IMG/VR virus record: IMGVR_UViG_3300036987_000493
Coordinates: 1-60,387 of that record
DNA: 60,387 nt
From: a virus
Lineage: Duplodnaviria; Caudoviricetes
Direction: 5' to 3' (one strand)
Part shown: one piece after another, positions 37,539 to 45,049 of the stretch
How positions within the stretch are numbered: position 1 is the first letter of the stretch
How the letters are laid out: every line of letters begins with the position of its first letter
The notes under the pieces: generated by a model
Database searches by the model: none
What the model saw: the letters and a program-made list of their open reading frames with translations, nothing else
Told to the model about the DNA's origin: nothing
Made by a program: the position numbers and the translations under genes

Positions 37539-37768
37539 AACGATAACCTCTTGAAATCACTTAGATTATAAAACGGGTATCTCCAAAAACACTATATAAG
37601 TAATTGATATTAATAATAAAAATTCTTGCCTGCGCGAAGTAAATATATCCCTGGAAGGGTGATAGGTCAAGATGACTTATTGTAAAGCATGGAATAGACT
37701 GAGAATCAAGGGTTAATCCGGGTATCTGGAAATAATTAAATTAATTTTGGTATTTTTGACTTACAATA

Positions 37769-37797
37769 TTGACATAAGTATACAGTGTATATAAAAT
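37769..37797 (+). promoter_or_regulatory. Strong sigma70 promoter with palindromic operator in its spacer
   Basis: TTGACA-17 nt-TAAAAT; TATACA-G-TGTATA inverted repeat at 37779-37791. Confidence 0.8.
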
Positions 37798-37809
37798 AGA
37801 GGCGTAGGG

Positions 37810-37821
37810 CTTCTTTGACAA
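37810..37821 (+). promoter_or_regulatory. boxA-like antitermination element
   Basis: CTTCTTTGACAA just after the predicted start site; resembles boxA (GCTCTTTAACA). Confidence 0.5.
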
Positions 37822-38025
37822 CCTGATGCGGCACCCGGAACCGGATTCTTCCAGACCGAGAGATAACCCGGCTGGCGATACCCGGAACGGACGGCAAGCC
37901 GATGGAAGGATACCAGGGGCGCAGGTGGGCTCCTGATGAGACTTGGTTATTGAGGGGCGGAGGGCTGACCTGCGGTGCTGGTTATCTCTCCGCTCAACCT
38001 GAGTAACCAAATCTGAATTGGAGGT

Positions 38026-39027
38026 ATGACCATGAAACCGACACAATTAAAGGCTTTGCTGGCTAAGACCATCACAGCAAGAAGGCCCGTACTTATTAAA
38101 GGTGCGCCGGGAATTGGAAAAACTGACGGCGTGGTGCAGGCTTGCCAGGAGTGCGGGGCGGACCTGATTATTTCTCATCCAGTGGTGAGTGACCCGATTG
38201 ATTACAAGGGCATGCCGTTTGTGACCGGCGGGAAGGCTGAGTTTATCCCCTTCGGGGACTTGCGGCAGTTGATCGAGGCGGATCGGCTGACGGCTTATTT
38301 CCTGGATGACTTAGGCCAGGCTCCCCCCACGGTACAAGCTGCGGCCATGCAGTTGATTTTAGGGCGGCGGATCAATGGCCATAAGGTGAGCGACAAGGTG
38401 TGCTTCATTGCGGCCACCAACCGGAAACAGGACCGGGCCGGCGTGACCGGGATACTCGAACCGGTGAAAAGCAGGTTTGCCACCATCGTGGAACTTACCC
38501 CGGACCTGGAAGACTGGATTGCCTGGGCATTGAAGGCGGGCTTACCGACTGAGCTTATCGCTTTTATCCGTTTCCGGCCCGGCTTGCTGTTCGACTGGAA
38601 ACCGAGTGCAGATATTACGAACTCTCCCAGTCCCAGGACCGTGGCCAATGTGGGCGCTCTCATGGACTTGCAGCTATCCCCGGACCTGGAATACGAGGCT
38701 TACCAGGGGGCGGCTGGCGAGGGCTTTGCGGCTGAGTTGTTGGGTTTTCTGCGTATCTTTAGGAACCTCCCGAACCCTGACACGGTGCTTTTAAACCCTG
38801 AGCAGGCCCAAGTACCGACGGACCCGGCGACGTTGTATGCGCTCTGCGGGGCTCTGGCGAGGAAGGCAAGCGAAAACACCATGGACCGGCTGGTTAGGTA
38901 CACGCTGCGGCTCCCGGCTGAATTTCAGGTGCTGCTCATTCGGGACGCTGTGCATGCTGATGGCCAGGTGGTAAACACGAGGGCTTTTATCGACTGGAGC
39001 AGCAAAAACGCTGATGTGCTTATCTAA
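38026..39027 (+). CDS. MoxR/AAA_5-type ATPase
   Basis: Walker A GAPGIGKT, Walker B FLDDL, AATNR, SRF and SPR motifs; GGAGG RBS. Confidence 0.85.
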   Translation: MTMKPTQLKALLAKTITARRPVLIKGAPGIGKTDGVVQACQECGADLIISHPVVSDPIDYKGMPFVTGGKAEFIPFGDLRQLIEADRLTAYFLDDLGQAPPTVQAAAMQLILGRRINGHKVSDKVCFIAATNRKQDRAGVTGILEPVKSRFATIVELTPDLEDWIAWALKAGLPTELIAFIRFRPGLLFDWKPSADITNSPSPRTVANVGALMDLQLSPDLEYEAYQGAAGEGFAAELLGFLRIFRNLPNPDTVLLNPEQAQVPTDPATLYALCGALARKASENTMDRLVRYTLRLPAEFQVLLIRDAVHADGQVVNTRAFIDWSSKNADVLI

Positions 39028-39100
39028 CCCCTTTCCAGGCCCCAGGCGAAACCCTGGGGCTGAGTAAGTGGTTAAAAAACAGCAAATCGGAGGAAACACC

Positions 39101-39964
39101 ATGTCTCAGGAACTTACCAATAAGGCAATGCTGGTGCGGCTGTCAATCTCTCAGTGGACGGCTAAGAAGTACGACAAGAAGGTGAGCAAAGAGGTTGCCG
39201 AGAAGTACGGCACGGAGCAGGACCGGGGCCGCTATAACAAGGTGCTGGTGGCTAAGGCCGAACTGGAGCGGATCAATAAGGCGGCTGGGGCGGCGCGGAC
39301 CTTCCACTATCAACAGACGTTGCCATGGTCCGATGACGGCGCCCGGATTCTCCCGAGTGCCAATTACCTGAATTACACCCAGCAAATGCGGGAACTGCAC
39401 GGGGAATTTGAAAAGGCAGTTGCCACCTTCATCGACAATTACCCTTCCCTGGTGGCTGATGCCCGGTGGCAATTGAACGGACTTTTTAACCCGGATGATT
39501 ACCCGGCGCTAAACCGGATCGGTAGGAAGTTCTCTATTGACGTGACCGTTGACCCGCTCCCGACCGCGACGGATTTCCGGGTTGACCTGAACTTGGATGA
39601 GGTGGCCCGGATTCGTAAGGACATCGAGGCCCGGAGCACGGCGGCAACGGAAACGGCCATGGCGGACCTTTGGACCCGGTTACATGACGTGGTGAGCAAG
39701 ATGGCCGAACGGCTGGGAACCAAGGACGCTATTTTCCGAGACTCCCTGGTTGATAACGTGGCGGAGCTGGTGGACCTGCTCCCCCGGCTGAACCTGACCG
39801 GCGATGCACGGTTGGATGCCATGCGCCGGGAGGTGGCCGACAAGCTGTTAGTGTATGAACCTGAGACCTTGCGTAAGGATGGCGGAGCACGGAAAGAAAC
39901 CGCAAGGGCGGCTGAGGATATTCTGGCGGCCATGAGCGGATACTGTGACGTTAAGGCGGCGTAG
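39101..39964 (+). CDS. DUF3150-like conserved phage protein
   Basis: AMLVRLSISQWT...TLPWSDDGARILP; start at 39101 after GGAGG; common neighbour of AAA/vWA pairs. Confidence 0.6.
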   Translation: MSQELTNKAMLVRLSISQWTAKKYDKKVSKEVAEKYGTEQDRGRYNKVLVAKAELERINKAAGAARTFHYQQTLPWSDDGARILPSANYLNYTQQMRELHGEFEKAVATFIDNYPSLVADARWQLNGLFNPDDYPALNRIGRKFSIDVTVDPLPTATDFRVDLNLDEVARIRKDIEARSTAATETAMADLWTRLHDVVSKMAERLGTKDAIFRDSLVDNVAELVDLLPRLNLTGDARLDAMRREVADKLLVYEPETLRKDGGARKETARAAEDILAAMSGYCDVKAA

Positions 39965-40033
39965 GTGCTTTGGGCAGGCCAGGGCGGACCCCTGGCCCAC
40001 CTTGATTACCTATTCTGCATGACAGGAGGGGAT

Positions 40034-41173
40034 ATGCTGGAGGAAGAAAGGAAACTGACCAAGGCGCGGGCCGGTCTCATCCTGGATCAACCATTTTTCG
40101 GGGCGCTATCCTTGCGTCTCAAGATGGAAGAGAAACCGGGATTTGGCACGGTAGGCACGGACGGGGCGCGGTTAATTTGGGACCCGGCTTATATCAAGGA
40201 CCTTTCCCTTGAGCAGGTTAAGGCGCTATGGGCTGAGGAAGTGCTGCATTGTGGTCTGGCTCACCATTTGCGCCGGGGAAACCGGGACCATAAGAAATGG
40301 AACCTGGCTTGTGACCAGGCAATTTTTAACATCCTGACGGACTCGGGGTTTGTGCTCCCTCCTGATACGAAAGTAACCCCGGCTTACAAGGGTAAAACGG
40401 CTGAGGAAGTTTATTCCCTGATGCCTGAGGACCCGCCTGGGGACGGTGGCGGCGGCGGAGGACGGCAACCTGGCCAGGGGTGGGGTGAGGTTGAGGACGG
40501 CAAGAATGACGCTGGCCAGGCCCTGGGACCTTCGGAACAGGACCAGGCGGAACAGGATTGGAAAGTTGCCATGACTCAGGCGGCACAGTCCGCCAAGATG
40601 CAGGGGAACTTACCATCTGAGCTTGCCCGGCTGGTGGACGCCTGGGTTAATCCCAAGGCACCATGGCAGGAGCTTCTCAGGCAATTCGTGGAAATGAGCG
40701 CCCGGAACGATTATTCATGGGTGCCACCTTCCCGGCGCTATCTCTCCCAGGGGTTTTACCTTCCTTCCCTGAGATCGGCGGAACTCCCGGAGATCGTGAT
40801 TGCAGTGGACACCTCCGGCAGTATCACCCAAGAAGAGCTTAACAGGTGTGCGGCGGAGATCACCGGGATACTTGAGGCCTGGGATACGACAATCCATGTG
40901 GTTTACGTTGACTCCCTACTGCAAGGCTCCCAGGTGTTCACCCGTGAGGACCTCCCTTTGAAGCTGGACGCCAGGGGCGGCGGCGGCACGGACTTTAGAC
41001 CTGCTTTCCAATGGGTAGAGGACCAGGGGCTTGTACCCGCGGCCATGATTTACCTGACTGACCTGGATTGTTCAAGATACCCGAGTGACCCCGGCTTTCC
41101 GGTCTTGTGGGCGAAGGTGGGCACCTGGCCCGGACGTAAACCGCCTTTCGGCGACGTGGTGGAAATCGACTAA
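40034..41173 (+). CDS. DUF2201-type metallopeptidase-like + vWA protein
   Basis: GTDG...EEVLH N-domain; MIDAS DTSGS; GGGGTDF and YLTD; start at 40034 after GGAGG. Confidence 0.8.
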   Translation: MLEEERKLTKARAGLILDQPFFGALSLRLKMEEKPGFGTVGTDGARLIWDPAYIKDLSLEQVKALWAEEVLHCGLAHHLRRGNRDHKKWNLACDQAIFNILTDSGFVLPPDTKVTPAYKGKTAEEVYSLMPEDPPGDGGGGGGRQPGQGWGEVEDGKNDAGQALGPSEQDQAEQDWKVAMTQAAQSAKMQGNLPSELARLVDAWVNPKAPWQELLRQFVEMSARNDYSWVPPSRRYLSQGFYLPSLRSAELPEIVIAVDTSGSITQEELNRCAAEITGILEAWDTTIHVVYVDSLLQGSQVFTREDLPLKLDARGGGGTDFRPAFQWVEDQGLVPAAMIYLTDLDCSRYPSDPGFPVLWAKVGTWPGRKPPFGDVVEID

Positions 41174-41264
41174 AAAAGACCTTTACCCTAACATTGACGT
41201 GGGAAAATCGGCCCGTGAGCAGGCTTACACGAGGCCGATTTTCCCCAAAAGGAGGGAAAACACC

Positions 41265-41507
41265 ATGAGGGACCCGGAAGACCCGACCAATGAGGAACGC
41301 GCCGAGACCGCACGTAAGGCCCTGGCCAGTGACCCGAAGTATGACCCGTTCGACACCGACTCAATTACGGACCTGGTTGCGGACCTGCTGCACCTGGCCC
41401 GGCAAGAAGGGATTGAACCCGACTACATCATTCATACGGCGCAAATGAATTACCAGACGGAGATTGAAGAGGAATACGAAAAGGCCGTCAATGATAGGAA
41501 GGAATAG
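41265..41507 (+). CDS. Small acidic hypothetical protein
   Basis: 80 aa from ATG 41265 after AGGAGG; NEERAE...DLVADLLH. Confidence 0.7.
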   Translation: MRDPEDPTNEERAETARKALASDPKYDPFDTDSITDLVADLLHLARQEGIEPDYIIHTAQMNYQTEIEEEYEKAVNDRKE

Positions 41508-41510
41508 CCC

Positions 41511-42083
41511 ATGAATCTCAGAGAAATCGCGGCGAAAAAGCTGACAGAAATCCTGCTGGGGCAGTGTGAAGATGAGTACCGGGCAATGTATCACAACGGC
41601 TCACTGCGGGGCACCTGGGCGGACATTACCGATGACCGGGAGCAGGAGGATTATTACTTCTACCAGGGTGAAGAAATCAGCGACATGATTCGCAACCTGG
41701 TGGACGAAATCAAAGAAACCTGGGGGCTGGAGTTTAAGATTTACTCCTATGGCCGGGGCGGGGCGACGTTTGCGCCGGACGGCTTCTCAAATTGCGGCAA
41801 CGGCCACCATTTCAATAACACCTTGGACCCCGACAAGATCGTGGACACCTGGCGGATGCCGGACCCGATGCTTGAGGGTGAAGATTTTGGGGAATGGACT
41901 GAGGCATACAAAACCGCCAAAGATCACCTGGCAGCGTTCAAGTTGATAAATGAGCGCGTACGGGCTGCGGCGGCAATGGATATGGCCCAATGGTGGGAGG
42001 AAACCAAAGAGGGGTGTGAATTAACCTATGGCGATGAGGATGAAGACGAGGATCAGGAATTTGATGAGGCCGTCAACGGCTGA
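41511..42083 (+). CDS. Acidic hypothetical protein
   Basis: 190 aa with a DEDEDEDQEFDE tail. Confidence 0.7.
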   Translation: MNLREIAAKKLTEILLGQCEDEYRAMYHNGSLRGTWADITDDREQEDYYFYQGEEISDMIRNLVDEIKETWGLEFKIYSYGRGGATFAPDGFSNCGNGHHFNNTLDPDKIVDTWRMPDPMLEGEDFGEWTEAYKTAKDHLAAFKLINERVRAAAAMDMAQWWEETKEGCELTYGDEDEDEDQEFDEAVNG

Positions 42084-42092
42084 GGAGGCACC

Positions 42093-42434
42093 ATGATACA
42101 GACTTTCAGATTCGGCGAACACGCTGGACCCAACGGAAAAATTACTACCTTCAATGGCAACGTGGTCCTGGCCCACGACTATCCCGATGGGGATCACTGC
42201 TCTATCGAAACCCGCGGACCCAAGGGCGGGGAGCGCTCCAGGATGATTATCGATAAGGCGACCGCCCGGAAGGTGGGGGCTGCTCTCCTGCAATGGTCTG
42301 GCTTTAACGTAGACGTAACCCTTCTGGTGACGCAAATCGAATGGCTCTGCAATGTCTCTCCCTGTGATGAACAGGAAGGGCTTTTGAACCTGCTGGGCGC
42401 GCTGCGTGACCTGATGGAGGAGAAGGGCGATTAA
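42093..42434 (+). CDS. Hypothetical protein
   Basis: 113 aa, GAGGAGG RBS. Confidence 0.7.
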   Translation: MIQTFRFGEHAGPNGKITTFNGNVVLAHDYPDGDHCSIETRGPKGGERSRMIIDKATARKVGAALLQWSGFNVDVTLLVTQIEWLCNVSPCDEQEGLLNLLGALRDLMEEKGD

Positions 42435-42498
42435 TTCTTGAACCCTGGCCCCTCATTGAGGGACCGGGCTTGAGGGATTAAATACAACCGATTGGAGG

Positions 42499-43005
42499 AT
42501 GACCATGAGTACACCGAGATCATGGGGAAAGATCGAGTTTCCGGTATCCCTGATTGATGACGAAATCCGGGGACACCTGGAAAGGGAGTACGAAGCACAG
42601 TTTGACGAGGACGGCAGCTTAAAAGATTGGCACGGCGTGGATATTGAACCCGGGCAAGTTGACGGTATCTTTACCCTGGAGGACGGCGAAGCGGCTTACG
42701 GGGAATTTGAAGACCTGGAGGCCCTGCTGATTAAGAAGGGTATACCCTTTGACCGGGAATCGGGCATGGATTGGAACCGCCCGCCGGTGCGCTTGGTTTA
42801 CCGTCCGGCACAGGGCGACAAGGCCGCTCTGGAACTCAATATTGACTTGGACGATGACGGCGACGAAGTGGTCAGCGTGAAGGCGATCCGGGAGATATTG
42901 GACAGGACCGACACCGAAGAGGGACCCGAAGAAAACATTCGGGACTTTTTGGATTTTAACTTCCCCGCTTACTCGCCGTTATCAGACTATGTGAAGGAGG
43001 CATAA
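42499..43005 (+). CDS. Strongly acidic hypothetical protein
   Basis: 168 aa, GGAGG RBS, D/E-rich. Confidence 0.7.
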   Translation: MTMSTPRSWGKIEFPVSLIDDEIRGHLEREYEAQFDEDGSLKDWHGVDIEPGQVDGIFTLEDGEAAYGEFEDLEALLIKKGIPFDRESGMDWNRPPVRLVYRPAQGDKAALELNIDLDDDGDEVVSVKAIREILDRTDTEEGPEENIRDFLDFNFPAYSPLSDYVKEA

Positions 43006-43009
43006 CCAC

Positions 43010-43288
43010 ATGACAACCGATAATCAGGAGTTTTCCCCTGGGGAAACGGTACTTTTGGAACATACGGGGCCGGGTTGCTACCCCGACACCCCTGTCACCA
43101 TCATCGAAAAAATGGTGGACAAGATGACCCCTTGCCACGTCTGCGGCCACCTGTGGCATGGTTACACCGGGCCGGACTACTGGAAGCAGAACCCGAGTTA
43201 TCTCATCGAATACTCGACCGGGGCCCGCGGGACCATCCCGGCGCGGCGGCTCAGGAAAATCGAGGAGGGCAAGCATGAAAACCACTAA
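43010..43288 (+). CDS. Hypothetical protein (SH3-like with CxxC)
   Basis: 92 aa, GGAGG RBS, CHVC motif. Confidence 0.6.
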   Translation: MTTDNQEFSPGETVLLEHTGPGCYPDTPVTIIEKMVDKMTPCHVCGHLWHGYTGPDYWKQNPSYLIEYSTGARGTIPARRLRKIEEGKHENH

Positions 43289-43343
43289 AACCGTGGTATT
43301 ATGGGCGATGGCGCTGGCCCTGATGGTATGGGGCAAGGGGTAA
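43275..43343 (+). CDS. Possible 22-aa membrane peptide
   Basis: MKTTKTVVLWAMALALMVWGKG after GAGGAGG. Confidence 0.35.
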   Translation: MKTTKTVVLWAMALALMVWGKG

Positions 43344-43386
43344 AATCAACCGGGGCGGGGGCTACGGCTCCCGCCGTACCTGGAGG

Positions 43387-44001
43387 ATGACCATGCAGAG
43401 AAAAGGCCGGAAGATTCCCGAGGTTTTGACCCCGAAGGAACAGGCCCGGATGCTGGGGGGGCTGGAATCTGCTGACTCCCCCCGGCACGTCCGCAACCTG
43501 GCCATAGTGCGCTTGATGCTGGATACCGGGCTCAGAGCGTCCGAAGCTATCAACCTGCGTCACCGGGACCTGGACCTTGCCACCGGCAGGTTATGGGTGC
43601 GCCAGGGGAAGGGGAAGAAGGACCGGGGCTTGTGGTTCAACGGCTCATCCCGGGGAGCTCTGTTGACGTGGCTGGATCTCAAGGGCGCTATGCTCTCATG
43701 TGGCGCAAATTTTCCGCCGGCGAACTACTTCTTCACCGACTTGACCGGCAAGAAGAAAATATGTGGCCGGTGGCTGCGCAAACTGATAGCCCGGCTGGCG
43801 GACCAGGCGGGGATCGCCAAGCGGATTCACCCGCATACTCTCCGGCATAGCTTCGCCACGGACCTGCTCAGGGATACCAAGAATCTTTTCCTGGTGAGTA
43901 AGGCCCTGGGGCACTCGAACATATCTACGACTCAGGTATATTTGCACCTGGTCGATTCTGAATTGGAAGATGCTATGAAAAATCTGAGAGGTAACCTATG
44001 A
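43387..44001 (+). CDS. Small tyrosine recombinase (catalytic domain only, Xer/resolvase-like)
   Basis: GLRASE, GKGKKDR, HTLRH, LGH and TTQVY catalytic residues in 204 aa. Confidence 0.9.
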   Translation: MTMQRKGRKIPEVLTPKEQARMLGGLESADSPRHVRNLAIVRLMLDTGLRASEAINLRHRDLDLATGRLWVRQGKGKKDRGLWFNGSSRGALLTWLDLKGAMLSCGANFPPANYFFTDLTGKKKICGRWLRKLIARLADQAGIAKRIHPHTLRHSFATDLLRDTKNLFLVSKALGHSNISTTQVYLHLVDSELEDAMKNLRGNL

Positions 44002-44189
44002 TCGCCGAGGAATTTAAACGTCGCCGCAAGGCTCTATGGTCCTCCATCTACCACGCGGCCGACGCCCTGGGAGTTTCTCATGGGGCTGTCTCTCATTGGG
44101 AGCTTGGCCGCCGGCCGGTACCGAAGACCGTGGTGAAGCTGTTGGAGTGCCTTGAGGCTGCAAATCATGTGGCGCAAAAATCTACCTGA
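43998..44189 (+). CDS. Small XRE-type HTH protein (Aca-like position)
   Basis: AADALGVSHGAVSHWELGRRPVP; last gene of the cassette, ATGA-coupled. Confidence 0.8.
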   Translation: MIAEEFKRRRKALWSSIYHAADALGVSHGAVSHWELGRRPVPKTVVKLLECLEAANHVAQKST

Positions 44190-44195
44190 AAACTG

Positions 44196-44231
44196 AGGGG
44201 CCCGGGATCATATCCCAGGCCCCCTTTTTTT
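44196..44231 (+). terminator. Rho-independent terminator of the cassette
   Basis: GGGGCCCGGGAT...ATCCCAGGCCCC stem followed by T7. Confidence 0.8.
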
Positions 44232-44261
44232 GCCTTTTGCCTGCCCTCAGATACCCCATAA

Positions 44262-44284
44262 AAAAGCGTGTACACGCTTCTGTG
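44262..44284 (+). repeat. 23-bp dispersed palindromic site, copy 2
   Basis: Identical to 10418-10440. Confidence 0.9.
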
Positions 44285-44333
44285 AGGCTTAACCGCTCCC
44301 GTCCAGGGGATAGGGGCGGGTAAGAGGGGAGGC

Positions 44334-44615
44334 TTATTCGTTCACCGCCTCTTTAAAACTGGCCGCTGCCTTAAATTTGACAGCCTTCTTCTCAGCGATC
44401 TTGATGGGTTCCCCGGTTTTGGGGTTCCGGCCATCCTTGGCTGCCCTCTCTACCAGGGCGAAGACCCCGACGCCGGCCAGGGCAAACCGGCCCTCGGTCT
44501 TGACTTCATCCACCAGGAGGTCGGTTAAGGTGTTTACGGCCTGTTCCGCCGCTTTCAGGGTGATTTTTGCGCTGTTCGCAATGATCTTGATGAGTTCCGG
44601 TTTCGTCATGCTCAT
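44334..44615 (-). CDS. hup: HU-family DNA-binding protein
   Basis: MTKPELI...GVGVF...RAAKDGRNPKTGEPIKI...FKA. Confidence 0.92.
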   Translation of the reverse strand: MSMTKPELIKIIANSAKITLKAAEQAVNTLTDLLVDEVKTEGRFALAGVGVFALVERAAKDGRNPKTGEPIKIAEKKAVKFKAAASFKEAVNE

Positions 44616-44639
44616 GTGATGTCTCCTTTGTGATTTTAG

Positions 44640-45045
44640 GTGGAAGACGGTAGAGATGGTATCTTATCCACAACTGGCCTGCTTTTCCGGGTTTTTTGGG
44701 CCTTTCGATTTCTATCTACACCCCCTCAGTTGAAATTTTTGGTTTCTTACTACCGTTGCCTGATGCGGGGCCCCAAGGTTTTAAAAATGCCTCGCAAAGA
44801 ATCTCGAAAAGCTCTTTATATATTGAATACCCGTAGATAGAAATTTGAGGGTGTTTTTGGGGTAAAAAAGTCTGAAAACCCGCATGAACATTGAAAACAA
44901 GGTAGAGATTGGCTTGTAACTCATGTGAAAGATTCCGTTTCTATCTACCACACCCAATAAAAAAGTTGAAAGATTTCTTTGGGAGTAGAGTTGATAAAGG
45001 GTTAAGGGTCGCATTTCTATCTAAGCCACCTAATAAAAAAAATGA
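44640..45045. repeat. Candidate replication origin: iterons + DnaA box
   Basis: TTTCTATCTAC at 44709, 44833 (inverted) and 44938, 10/11 match at 45014; TTATCCACA at 44664; AT-rich; directly downstream of the primase-helicase. Confidence 0.6.
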
Positions 45046-45049
45046 AAAC

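Noticed and set aside
37933-38040. CTGATGAG resembling a hammerhead ribozyme core
   Set aside because: The stem is followed by GAAT, not the required GAAA, and no stems I/III were found
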